A DNA stretch of 64,000 nt, taken from assembly GCA_002104905.1 (NCBI GenBank), contig MCFE01000039.1, forward strand, positions 139,632-203,631. The letters run 5' to 3'. Positions within the stretch are counted from its first letter, which is position 1, and every line of letters begins with the position of its first letter. Below are positions 48,260-60,247 of this stretch, in pieces. Made by a program: the position numbers and the translations under genes. The notes below the pieces were generated by a model. The model saw only the letters and a list, made by a program, of their open reading frames with translations. It had not been told where the DNA came from and searched no databases. Source of the stretch: Basidiobolus meristosporus CBS 931.73. Taxonomy: Eukaryota > Fungi > Basidiobolomycota.

Positions 48260-50058
48260 ATGCTCTCCCCACATCAAACACACGCTCATCATCTCAGAAA
48301 TCTCTATACTCCCGCTATCCATCTGCAGAACGGGGCTGCTAACTCATCTACTCCTCCGCTGACTCCAGTTTCAATGCAGAACTCTGCCGCTTGCTATTTG
48401 CCAAACTCCTCACTTGGAACGGAGTACCCGCCGTCTAGCGGGCCCATGACTTCCATGCCACTAATGTCGAATAACACATACACCTCTCTTATGAACAAGG
48501 TATCTCTGAAGTTGAATGGGGTTATCGAAGAGATGACCAAAGGCTGGTAGGTATCCTTTCCTGAGTGGCAAAGCCCCAGAGACTAACTTGATCTTTTTTA
48601 GGACGAAGGATGAGAAGGAGACCAAACGTCGATTGGTACAGTTCTGGAGAAAGCACGAGAACAACACTATTCATTGCGGGTTTCAGGCCGTCTCGCCCAC
48701 AGACAGAGCCCCTAATAGTATTTGTGTGTCTTGCATATACTGGGAAGAGAAGGATGATTACTTTATCACCAGTGTGGATTGCATCTATCTTCTGGAATCT
48801 TTGATAGCAGTGAGGTTCTCTGTAGAAGAGAAGAACCGGATTCGTCGCAACCTTGAGGGCTTCCGGCCTATCACAGTATCCAAGTGCAAGCCAGACTCGA
48901 CAGAGTTCTTCAAACTTATCATGTCTTTTCCCAACCCGAAGCCAAGAAACATCGAAAAGGACGTGAAAGTTTTCCCGTGGAGAGTGCTACTGAGCGCATT
49001 GCGAAAAATCGTTGGAAAGTATACCTCCAACAATCCAAACAACACAAACAGCGGGAACTTTGGTGCTTATCCTGGATGCTTCCCCTCCAACTCTGGCCAC
49101 TACTCACCCTTCGATAGTCCCAATTCTGTTTATTCGGGAGGCTTTCCTGACCAGCTTTCCTCGCAAGCATATAACACGCAGATGACCCGTTCTCGCTTCT
49201 ATTCTCAGGATCTTGGCACCATGGATAACCGTATGCTACATAACGCTCAAGACAACTACACTATCGCCCCCGTCGCAAACCAATTCGTTGAACAAGACCA
49301 AATCAACCCACAGGCTTTGAACTCCAGTTATTCCAATCCGGGTCCAGTAGGTAAATCACGCTCTGAGTGTATCTTGCTCTCTCTCACCATTGCTAATCAT
49401 CTGTTAGACCTAGGTTACCGGGCTCCTTCCCAAGCAGGTCCACAACGCCGCCATCTGTATCTACGCCGTCATTCACTGGCTGATCCCTACGCTATCCCTT
49501 ATCATCCAAGCCCACGCAAAGCCCATGATTCCCCACAGCCTGGACAATTTGCAAGCATGCCTGCTTCGATGCCTGACTCCAATCCCCCATACGTGCTTAA
49601 TGGCAACCTTCATCTGAAGCCAGAAAACACGTACCAGAGGGATTTCCGTGATGATCTGGAGATCAACAATTCAGCCATGATGGGTCCTGCTGTTGATCCT
49701 AACAATTCTACAGGTGGTGCTGCTGGTTACCATAGCCATGACATCCATGGTGGCTACTCGCAACCTGGAGACACGTTGTCGTTGCAACAGGTGAGCTTTC
49801 ACTCCAACAAGTACACAGCCAATCCAGTACTAACAATGAATCTACTACTTTTAGGGTTTTAGCTTTAGAGGATTTGATCAGTCAGGGGTCTACTCACTTG
49901 AAAACCATGGAGCTAGCGACCATTCTCTTCCTCCTCCAGCTCATATGGGCCAATACAGCCAGGCCATGTATATGAATAGTGCACCTGTCGTGTCGCCCAA
50001 AGCCGAATCCCCAGTTGACCCTACTGGAAACGAAACCACGTTTACCCGATATGTTTAA
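48260..50058 (+). CDS. medA: MedA (Medusa)-family / DUF7082 transcriptional regulator, multi-exon; 5' end uncertain
   Basis: Conserved block RRLVQF..ICVSCIYW..FITSVDCIYLLE..FSVEEKNRIRRNLEGFRPITVSK..FFKLIMSFPNPKPRNIEKDVKVFPW, flanked by low-complexity P/S/N/Q regions. Confidence 0.7.
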
Positions 50059-50640
50059 ACATGGTGTTTCCAGTCACAATGATGCGTTATTGATGAAGAA
50101 ATCTTTTTGGTTAGCAAACATCCCGAGGATACTAGAAATATGCAACCGAAATCCGAATCCTTAGAACGGGCCATATAGTAGATTCGGGGTATTGAAGATG
50201 ACTGTGTAAATTGAACCACCCGTATCCATTGATTGTTTCATGACGCATGGCAAAAAATTCCGTAAAAAGCATAATGGCATTACAAATCATTAATCCAGAA
50301 GAACCATTGTGTATCACATTTAGTTGTACTTTATCACTTACGCATACAATCACTTTGTCATACGCTGGTAGTGTGTCTACTCGGTATTTCAATAAAACAT
50401 ATACTTTGGGGTGCATTTATTGAAACTTTCCTTGCACTGCCACTCGACAGATACATGTTACACACAGAACCTATCAGGATTATCCATAACCTCCCCTTTT
50501 GTAATATATATTGTACATCAACTTTTCTCTGAATGGAAGTCAGATTTTGTTCCAATTTTATGTTATATTTATTCTGTATCTACATTTGATTCTTTCTAAT
50601 ATGTAACAATGATATGAAGCGTCAGAAAACAATGCTGTAT

Positions 50641-52035
50641 TTAGCATTTCTCGGCCTTTTCATCGAGCTGAGCACCACCGCCAAACATATGATCGATTTG
50701 CTCGAGACTCTTGCCTTTGGTCTCGGGAACAAAGAAGATCACAAAGATGAACATCAGCACACCACAGGCACCGAAGATGATGTACAGTCCCCAGTTGATC
50801 GACTTCATCAGTGGGGGAACAACCTCACCGATGATGAAGTTGAACACCCAGTTGGAGGCGGTGGTGACACTCATGCACTTGGCACGCACACGGTTAGGGT
50901 AGATCTCGGATGGGTAGATCCAGCCGATGGGTCCCCAGGTGAAGGCGAAGGCAGCCACGAACAGATAGATCATGGCAATACTGGCCTTACCGGCAGAGAG
51001 AACCTCAAAGTGGTGGGGAGAGTAGACGGCAATCAAGGCACCAAGAGTGACCATGGTGGTGGCCATGCAGGCAGCACCGATCAACAACAGTGGGCGACGA
51101 CCGATACGGTCAACATAGAGCACAGCGGGGATGGTCATGCCAACATTCACAGCTCCGTTGATAGCAGTGGCAGTGAGCTGAGCGTTGTTACCATGGTATC
51201 CAGCAGACTTGAAGATGGTCGGGGCGTAGTACATAATGGCGTTGATACCGGTGAGCTGTTGGAACACTTGGATGGCAATGCCGATGAACACGCGACGACG
51301 AAGACCTGAACGGAAGAGCTCGATCCAGGTGGGGGCGGCCATTTCCTTTTCCATGCGAATGGTTTGGGTGATGTCCTCCAACTCTTCATCAGGGTTGTTT
51401 GACAGCTTCTGGAGCACGTGCATTGCCTGTTCAGAGTGACCCTGGGACATGAGCCAGCGGGGTGACTTGGGGAGGAAGAACATCAACAGGGAAAGGGTAA
51501 GAGCTGGGAAGCCTTGGACTCCAAGAGGGATTCTCCAGCTGGCATCGGTGGTGAGCTTATCGGTGCCCATGTTGACGAGGAAGGCGACCAAGATACCGAT
51601 GGTGATGGCGAGCTGTTGCATCGACACGAGGGTACCACGAATCTCCCTGGGGGCGATCTCGGACTGATACAAGGGAACCACCATGGAGAGCACACCAATG
51701 GCCAACCCGGCAATGATACGACCAATAAGAAGCTGGGCAATTTCGAAGGATGAGCACTGCAGGGCAGCGCCAATGGTGAAGCAGAAACCTGCCATCATGA
51801 TACTGAACTTACGGCCAAAACGATCGGCCATGTATGAGGCGGAGAGTGAGCCGATGAGGCATCCCAGTGTCAAACTACTGGTGATGAACCCTTCGAGGGC
51901 AGGCTTGTCGGCGTAGCCGAAGCGGTCCTTGAAGCGGTCCATGACCAGCACACCACTGATCACACCAGTATCATAACCGAAGAGGAAGCCACCAATGGCA
52001 GCAGCAGCTGAAGCGACGTAGACTAATACACCCAT
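50641..52035 (-). CDS. MFS sugar porter (high-affinity hexose transporter-like), copy 1, intronless
   Basis: GGFLFGYDTG, DRFGRK, PLYQSEIAP..RG, QQLTGINAIMYY, DRIGRR, WGPIGWIYPSE, PETKG. Confidence 0.96.
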   Translation of the reverse strand: MGVLVYVASAAAAIGGFLFGYDTGVISGVLVMDRFKDRFGYADKPALEGFITSSLTLGCLIGSLSASYMADRFGRKFSIMMAGFCFTIGAALQCSSFEIAQLLIGRIIAGLAIGVLSMVVPLYQSEIAPREIRGTLVSMQQLAITIGILVAFLVNMGTDKLTTDASWRIPLGVQGFPALTLSLLMFFLPKSPRWLMSQGHSEQAMHVLQKLSNNPDEELEDITQTIRMEKEMAAPTWIELFRSGLRRRVFIGIAIQVFQQLTGINAIMYYAPTIFKSAGYHGNNAQLTATAINGAVNVGMTIPAVLYVDRIGRRPLLLIGAACMATTMVTLGALIAVYSPHHFEVLSAGKASIAMIYLFVAAFAFTWGPIGWIYPSEIYPNRVRAKCMSVTTASNWVFNFIIGEVVPPLMKSINWGLYIIFGACGVLMFIFVIFFVPETKGKSLEQIDHMFGGGAQLDEKAEKC

Positions 52036-52800
52036 GATTGTGGTATAGCTTGAGAACTTGTTGTTGGGTCAAAGTGGCCCCTTGCCCTTTATATACAGGT
52101 AGGGCAAGATGGCTAAATCATGGCTGAAGCTGGTCGCTGAAAATTTGAGTGTCTAGAGGGTTTCCTGAATTGTTGACGCAGTTGGAGACTAAGAAACGTT
52201 TATTTCCACGCGTAGATATCACCCAATTTGATTTATCACTTTGCAGTTGTCGAATATTATTGGCTGTCAAAATCTTAGGAAATTCCCAACAATAGCCAGT
52301 AGTTTCATTTGATGGATATAGAAGCTTGAGACCCAAAAGAATCTTATCAAAGTGCCCAGGTTGTCGTTCAAAACTCTAGGCAAACGTGGGAAAATACCCA
52401 CAAGCTTTGAAATCTGCGGATCATTTGTAGAGTTGGGTATTCCCCACACTAGCCATGTTAATGAACGCTGATAATTAATCTCCCTTTAGTATGATATGTC
52501 TCCTTTCATACGGATGGCATATAGGTTTCTTATTCGCTCTGACGTTGTTGTTATTGCAGGTGAACGAGGAAAGACTCTGATGGATTACCTGTAAAATGTT
52601 GGTTCGTGCAGAGGCATACTCAATCGTAGTCAGCAGTGGTAGTGATGAGCCAGAGCTTCGGGTGCGGAATATTCTTTTGATCTCTTCTCCACTAGTGTTG
52701 ACCATATTCGGCATATGCCTGTGACTTTCTTCAAGACACCACCACTAATTTACCAAATTTGAGTACATTACAAGCGATCTAGGAAAGCAAAAACATTGAT

Positions 52801-52840
52801 TTTGATTGGTGTTCATTTGGTGGCGGAGATATGTTCACAT
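52801..52840. promoter_or_regulatory. Conserved upstream block with CCAAT box and SYGGRG (CreA/Mig1-type) site
   Basis: TGATTGGT...TTGGTGGCGGAGAT, about 770-800 bp upstream of copy 1. A near-identical block lies at 55944-55978, at the same distance from copy 2, within otherwise diverged spacer. Confidence 0.5.
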
Positions 52841-53776
52841 CCAAACCAATCAACGTGTGAATGAATGTGAAATATATGCATGATAAAAATGATGATAGTT
52901 CTTAACTGTTTCGACAAAACCCTATTGCTTCCATATCTAAAGCATCAGATCTCGTTTCCAACGTGTTCACATATGTGAAACACACGAGCCGCATATATTT
53001 CGGAGTCTGTTCTAGAGAATGATCGGAACTACCAAATGTGCTTGTGTGGACCCGCACAACTCTCTTATAGAATAATCATGAATCTATACTACTGCTTGAT
53101 AAGCATGATTTTACCCGGAAAATTATGAAGCTACTATTACTCTATTGCAAATCATTGTGGCTAAATAAATGCGATAGTTGATATGCAATATCCGCGAGAG
53201 CGCTAAAGGCGCTGGTATTGATACCTAATACAGCAATGGCTGGATATTCCCGTAACTAAACTCTGATAAGATGTTTACGCTGGTCCCATACATATACTAC
53301 GTGTTTAAACAATCAAGTTGATGAAAACGTTCGTTATTTGAAAAAAAACACTGATTGGGTCGTTGAGCATTAACCCAATTTAATGAAATATTCAAATTAC
53401 AAATGCCGGAAATAATAAGCTGGAAGAGTTGTAATAGCAAAATCATAAGATTAAATCTGCATATGATCCCGTGAGTATACAAAGTGAAATACCACGTTGT
53501 TGCAACCAAATCCCCACTCACTTTCTTTCAAGATTGAAAATAGCCCATTACATACATGAGCCTTCAGTTACGAGGGACATATTACATCAATTCAGCTCGC
53601 GATTCCACGAAACGTTTTGACTCAATTACCAAAGAAAATAGATAGGTTTCAAACTGATTTATGTATATTGATGGGTAATAATTACTTGACAATTCATATT
53701 TACATTTAACGATCTCTAATATGCAATAGTGCCACCATATACTAGAAAAGAAAAGGGCCCAGATATAGTATGGTAT

Positions 53777-55171
53777 TTAGCATTTCTCGGTCTTTTCGTC
53801 GAGCTGAGCACCACCGCCAAACATATGATCGATTTGCTCGAGACTCTTGCCTTTGGTCTCGGGAACAAAGAAGATCACAAAGATGAACATCAGCACACCA
53901 CAGGCACCGAAGATGATGTACAGTCCCCAGTTGATCGACTTCATCAGTGGGGGAACAACCTCACCGATGATGAAGTTGAACACCCAGTTGGAGGCGGTGG
54001 TGACACTCATGCACTTGGCACGCACACGGTTAGGGTAGATCTCGGATGGGTAGATCCAGCCGATGGGTCCCCAGGTGAAGGCGAAGGCAGCCACGAACAG
54101 ATAGATCATGGCAATACTGGCCTTACCGGCAGAGAGAACCTCAAAGTGGTGGGGAGAGTAGACGGCAATCAAGGCACCAAGAGTGACCATGGTGGTGGCC
54201 ATGCAGGCAGCACCGATCAGCAACAGTGGGCGACGACCGATACGGTCCACATAGAGCACAGCGGGGATGGTCATGCCAACATTCACAGCTCCGTTGATAG
54301 CAGTGGCAGTGAGCTGAGCGTTGTTACCGTGGTATCCAGCAGACTTGAAGATGGTCGGGGCATAGTACATAATGGCGTTGATACCGGTGAGCTGTTGGAA
54401 CACTTGGATGGCAATACCGATGAACACACGACGACGAAGACCTGAACGGAAGAGCTCGGTCCAGGTGGGGGCGGCCATTTCCTTTTCCATGCGAATGGTT
54501 TGGGTGATGTCCTCCAACTCTTCATCAGGGTTGTTTGACAGCTTCTGGAGCACGTGCATTGCCTGTTCAGAGTGACCCTGGGACATGAGCCAGCGGGGTG
54601 ACTTGGGGAGGAAGAACATCAACAGGGAAAGGGTAAGAGCTGGGAAGCCTTGGACTCCAAGAGGGATTCTCCAGCTGGCATCGGTGGTGAGCTTATCGGT
54701 GCCCATGTTGACGAGGAAGGCGACCAAGATACCGATGGTGATGGCGAGCTGTTGCATCGACACGAGGGTACCACGAATCTCCCTGGGGGCGATCTCGGAC
54801 TGATACAAGGGAACCACCATGGAGAGCACACCAATGGCCAACCCGGCAATGATACGACCAATAAGAAGCTGGGCAATTTCGAAGGATGAGCACTGCAGGG
54901 CAGCGCCAATGGTGAAGCAGAAACCTGCCATCATGATACTGAACTTACGGCCAAAACGATCGGCCATGTATGAGGCGGAGAGTGAGCCGATGAGGCATCC
55001 CAGTGTCAAACTACTGGTGATGAACCCTTCGAGGGCAGGCTTGTCGGCGTAGCCGAAGCGGTCCTTGAAGCGGTCCATGACCAGCACACCACTGATCACA
55101 CCAGTATCATAACCGAAGAGGAAGCCACCAATGGCAGCAGCAGCTGAAGCGACGTAGACTAATACACCCAT
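53777..55171 (-). CDS. MFS sugar porter, copy 2, intronless
   Basis: 464 aa; differs from copy 1 at WTELF (vs WIELF) and KTEKC (vs KAEKC). Confidence 0.96.
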   Translation of the reverse strand: MGVLVYVASAAAAIGGFLFGYDTGVISGVLVMDRFKDRFGYADKPALEGFITSSLTLGCLIGSLSASYMADRFGRKFSIMMAGFCFTIGAALQCSSFEIAQLLIGRIIAGLAIGVLSMVVPLYQSEIAPREIRGTLVSMQQLAITIGILVAFLVNMGTDKLTTDASWRIPLGVQGFPALTLSLLMFFLPKSPRWLMSQGHSEQAMHVLQKLSNNPDEELEDITQTIRMEKEMAAPTWTELFRSGLRRRVFIGIAIQVFQQLTGINAIMYYAPTIFKSAGYHGNNAQLTATAINGAVNVGMTIPAVLYVDRIGRRPLLLIGAACMATTMVTLGALIAVYSPHHFEVLSAGKASIAMIYLFVAAFAFTWGPIGWIYPSEIYPNRVRAKCMSVTTASNWVFNFIIGEVVPPLMKSINWGLYIIFGACGVLMFIFVIFFVPETKGKSLEQIDHMFGGGAQLDEKTEKC

Positions 55172-57209
55172 GATTGTGGTATAGCTTGAGAACTTGTTGT
55201 TGGGTCAAAGTGGCCCCTTGCCCTTTATATACAGGTAGGGCAAGATGGCTAAATCATGGCTGAAGCTGGTCGCTGAAAATTTGAGTGTCTAGAGGGTTTC
55301 CTGAATTGTTGACGCAGTTGGAGACCAAGAAACGTTTATTTCCACGCGTAGATATCACCTAATTTTGACGCACCGCTTTGGGACCCCTGAATGTTATTGG
55401 CTGTTGATATTTCAGGAATTTCTTTATATCTGGAGAATTCATTCGATGTAAATAGAAGGGCCTCTACCCAATTATAGTCAATCTCGAAGTCTAGTCCAAT
55501 TATCTTGAGCAGAGACATTTATGGCAGTATCTCCTTACTCCGAAGTCAGTGGATCATGAGTACAGCTGGATACTCCCCGCATCAGCCATGTTTGTGTATG
55601 TTACTAATCAATACTTCATTAGTAGCATATGTCTCACCTGATACCAGTGTACTGTAGGGATTTGATAGGAATAGATGCCACGTCTGTTGCAGTGACTTTT
55701 GATTCTGTTCCCGTGGACAAAAGCACTAGTTGACTGTAGTACACACTGCGCTTTGATGCTTCTGAAACCTTATTCCATCGTAGGTAGTGGCTGTGATACT
55801 TAGTTGACGGAACATTCGTTTAGTATGGCCTCCATTAACGATGCCCATATTGGGCAAAGAGCTGTGACTATCCTATACTCGCCACCAGCCTTTACCAAAA
55901 GGGAGAATATTAATGGCAATCCAGGAAGGTACCTACACCGATCTGATTGGTACATTTTGGGTGGCGGAGATCAGTTCATCTTTCGACCAATGAATATCGC
56001 ACTAAATGTAGAATATAGATAATAAGAATGGAGCTATCCTTTAACTGACTAGAATTCGCGTTTAGATGGTTTCGATCAAACCCTATTGTATCCATATCAA
56101 TATCATTCGTCCTTTTCTTTAACTGTAGTATTTGTAACATGGGCCTGGAGAACCCAAAAAGAGTGAGACACGCGAGCCGTATTTATGTCAAGTTTTATTC
56201 GATAGAATGTCTAGTACTGCCAAACGGGTCGGCATAAATTCCTGATGGAACCATTAACGATCTGTATTAGTACTGAATAAACCTGAGTTACCTTGGTATT
56301 TGGTAGTTTACCACAACCCAATTTAGGTGCTGCGTAGCCGACCCTTATTTCTAAATACGGTAAGAGCATCACACCAATCTGTATTTGAGAGGCTGCCCCT
56401 AGTTTTTCGAACAGCAGTCTACTCTGTTTCCGTCCAATATCGTTTCATATTATGAAGAGCGCCACAACACCCAAAAATAATGATCGCCTGCTTAAATCTT
56501 TCTGATTTTGCGATTCAAAATGCCAACATGTACAAATTTACTCTATAATGCACCATTGGAATTTTTACGAATAGTTTCATTCTATGTTCTAATGTTAGTA
56601 TTCTACGATTTGTAGATCACTAATGACTGTCCAGGTGAATGGATTCGGTACAGGTTATCAAAGTCATACAGAGGGGAGAATACTTTACCTTTCTAACAAA
56701 TTATGAACTGCAGCCGACTCGTTTGAAGCTGAGGCCGTACTGAGATGAGCACAAATTTTCTCATCAAAAATATCATTTTAATAAATACATCGCTATCAGA
56801 TTGTATGAAGAAGATGTAGGCGAAGTTGATCTATGCAAAGAGGTGAGCATAAGATATCTCGAACAAACCGAGAACATAGTTACCTAGTTACAGTCCCAAA
56901 TGTTGATTTGTCAAATATTACGTCTGACCCCTGGAAAAGAGGTTTAAACGTATATTCCCAAAAATTACAAAGTTGCGCTTGCAGACATTGCATTAGTAAT
57001 CCTACGCCGATTCCCTTTATTGTATATCAATATTAGCTAACCAAATTTTGAAATACTAAGGAAAAAGAATATAGATGGGTTTCAAGCTGATTTATGTATA
57101 TTGATGGGTAATAATTACTTGACAATTCATATTTACATTTAACGATCTCTAATATGCAATAGTGCCACCATATACTAGGAAAGAAAAGGGCCCCGATATA
57201 GTATGGTAT

Positions 57210-58604
57210 TTAGCATTTCTCGGTCTTTTCGTCGAGCTGAGCACCACCGCCAAACATATGATCGATTTGCTCGAGACTCTTGCCTTTGGTCTCGGGAACA
57301 AAGAAGATCACAAAGATGAACATCAACACACCACAGGCACCGAAGATGATGTACAGTCCCCAGTTGATCGACTTCATCAGTGGGGGAACAACCTCACCGA
57401 TGATGAAGTTGAACACCCAGTTGGAGGCGGTGGTGACACTCATGCACTTGGCACGCACACGGTTAGGGTAGATCTCGGATGGGTAGATCCAGCCGATGGG
57501 TCCCCAGGTGAAGGCGAAGGCAGCCACGAACAGATAGATCATGGCAATACTGGCCTTACCGGCAGAGAGAACCTCAAAGTGGTGGGGAGAGTAGACGGCA
57601 ATCAAGGCACCAAGAGTGACCATGGTGGTGGCCATGCAGGCGGCACCGATCAGCAACAGAGGGCGACGACCGATACGGTCAACATAGAGCACAGCGGGGA
57701 TGGTCATGCCAACATTCACAGCTCCGTTGATAGCAGTGGCAGTGAGCTGAGCGTTGTTACCGTGGTATCCAGCAGACTTGAAGATGGTCGGGGCGTAGTA
57801 CATAATGGCGTTGATACCGGTGAGCTGTTGGAACACTTGGATGGCAATACCGATGAACACGCGACGACGAAGACCTGAACGGAAGAGCTCGGTCCAGGTG
57901 GGGGCGGCCATTTCCTTTTCCATGCGAATGGTTTGGGTGATGTCCTCCAACTCTTCATCAGGGTTGTTCGACAGTTTCTGGAGCACATGCATTGCCTGTT
58001 CAGAGTGACCCTGGGACATGAGCCAGCGGGGTGACTTGGGGAGGAAGAACATCAACAGGGAAAGGGTAAGAGCTGGGAAGCCTTGGACTCCAAGAGGGAT
58101 TCTCCAGCTGGCATCGGTGGTGAGCTTATCGGTGCCCATGTTGACGAGGAAGGCGACCAAGATACCGATGGTGATGGCGAGCTGTTGCATCGACACGAGG
58201 GTACCACGAATCTCTCTGGGGGCGATCTCGGACTGATACAAGGGAACCACCATGGAGAGCACACCAATGGCCAACCCGGCAATGATACGACCAATAAGAA
58301 GCTGGGCAATTTCGAAGGATGAGCACTGCAGGGCAGCGCCAATGGTGAAGCAGAAACCTGCCATCATGATACTGAACTTACGGCCAAAGCGATCGGCCAT
58401 GTATGAGGCGGAGAGTGAGCCGATGAGGCATCCCAGTGTCAAACTACTGGTGATGAATCCTTCGAGGGCAGGCTTGTCGGCGTAGCCGAAGCGGTCCTTG
58501 AAGCGGTCCATGACCAGCACACCACTGATCACACCAGTGTCATAACCGAAGAGGAAGCCACCAATGGCAGCAGCAGCTGAAGCGACGTAGACTAATACAC
58601 CCAT
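57210..58604 (-). CDS. MFS sugar porter, copy 3, intronless
   Basis: 464 aa; protein appears identical to copy 2. Confidence 0.96.
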   Translation of the reverse strand: MGVLVYVASAAAAIGGFLFGYDTGVISGVLVMDRFKDRFGYADKPALEGFITSSLTLGCLIGSLSASYMADRFGRKFSIMMAGFCFTIGAALQCSSFEIAQLLIGRIIAGLAIGVLSMVVPLYQSEIAPREIRGTLVSMQQLAITIGILVAFLVNMGTDKLTTDASWRIPLGVQGFPALTLSLLMFFLPKSPRWLMSQGHSEQAMHVLQKLSNNPDEELEDITQTIRMEKEMAAPTWTELFRSGLRRRVFIGIAIQVFQQLTGINAIMYYAPTIFKSAGYHGNNAQLTATAINGAVNVGMTIPAVLYVDRIGRRPLLLIGAACMATTMVTLGALIAVYSPHHFEVLSAGKASIAMIYLFVAAFAFTWGPIGWIYPSEIYPNRVRAKCMSVTTASNWVFNFIIGEVVPPLMKSINWGLYIIFGACGVLMFIFVIFFVPETKGKSLEQIDHMFGGGAQLDEKTEKC

Positions 58605-60247
58605 GATTAAACTATTGTTTGAAACCTTCTGATTGTAACAGTGTTGTCCTCGTTCTCTTTATATATCGAAATCATTGATTCTTGAAATCGTGGCTTAGGT
58701 TTACAATGGAACGTCTGAGTTCCTAAAGAGTTTTCTCGAATGCTATCACATTCTTAGCACTATGAATATGTTATCCTATGTAAAGATATCACCCAATTTG
58801 AAGTCCTCAATAGTGCTATGGAATTTTATTGGTGGCCAAAATCCGAGAATTCTTCAACCATAGTCAGTAATTTCATTTGATGGAAGTAGAATAATTTGGC
58901 CTAAATAATGGTTTATCTATGGGTCTGGCCCTATATTCGAAAAATGATATATATAGCAATATCTACTTACTCCGATTTTTGTTTGAGCACGTGGGTGTTT
59001 TTGTTTGCCCCGCACATTCCAATTCGAGGGTGTTTTGTCTCTGATAGTTTCTAATTTATAATACAATCGTGATATTTGGCCAGATATTGGCTGACACAAA
59101 TTCCAAGAATAAGAATGCTGCATGTCTGTCGGAACACATGCCTGGAAACTTATGGAATTGTACTGCGAGTTCTTTATAATCCTATTTGATTGGTGTGTTG
59201 GCTTGGTAAATACTTGGCTTTAAGGCTTTTTTCTAGGCACTCTATGAAATGGTGGGTTATAACTATGAAAGGTAAAGAGGCACTACAAGCTACAGCCTTT
59301 ATAGTTACCGATAATTCTTATCTTCATTTTCCTAGATCAACTTTGGTAAACTGAAGTGGTTGGTCCTGTTGCTTTGTCAAAATGGTTCTACACGTCGAGC
59401 GATCCAGATTCTATGCTAAATAAACCTTTAGTTTCAGTTGATGACCGAAATCCCCTTTCAACCTATTAATATGGATGTGTAGATGTCGGTTATATGTGGT
59501 ACGTGTTCCTTAACCGTTCTCAATTCACTTAAAGATGGTAAGAGCATATCTATTTCCTGCATAAATCCGTGGTAACAACATGATCTTTCATACTCTAATA
59601 GTTCATTGTTCACAAGAAATAGGCCAGTCATATTATGGAATCCCTTCATCATCTGTTACTGGGCGATGATTGAAAAGATGTGAAAATTATGCAAGTGACA
59701 TATACATATTTTGCGTATAGACTTCTTCAATTATCAAGAGTGTGGAGCATAATTCAATTGTATCATCGATTGTGCATCGTGCTTGCGTACTTGTAGAAAG
59801 AAAACCAGTACCGAAATACCAGATATTACATCTTTCTGGGATTTTTATATATCTCGAATGAAAATTCTCCCTTGAGATATTTCCTGCCCGATTGTATGAC
59901 CCCCAAAATCACCATAAACCGTCAGAATTCTGAACAATGAGAGATATTTATCCACTTCAGCAATCTACTAATTTTGAAAGACCTTGGAGTCAGAAGATTG
60001 CAAAACGGTTTTGTCATAAAGGGAAGTGGGCAAAAATTTATGCCTGCTAGTCTCCCGTAATTTGGTAAAATGGTATGACTTATCGAAGATGTTATGGATC
60101 AAACGAAACATTAAGAGTTATAACTTAAATAGATGTTTACTCATATTCATAATTACATTCATTTAGCAGCTTATATCTACATTTAGAGGTTTCAAATAAT
60201 CAGGATATTCAGTATTAGAGGATAGAAATCTAGGTAGAGTATGGTAT

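Noticed and set aside
56780-57036. Possible exon-like fragment (KYIAIRLYEEDVGEVDLCKE followed by GTGAGC) in the longer second spacer
   Set aside because: No start, no recognisable domain and no convincing continuation; cannot be supported as a gene or pseudogene.
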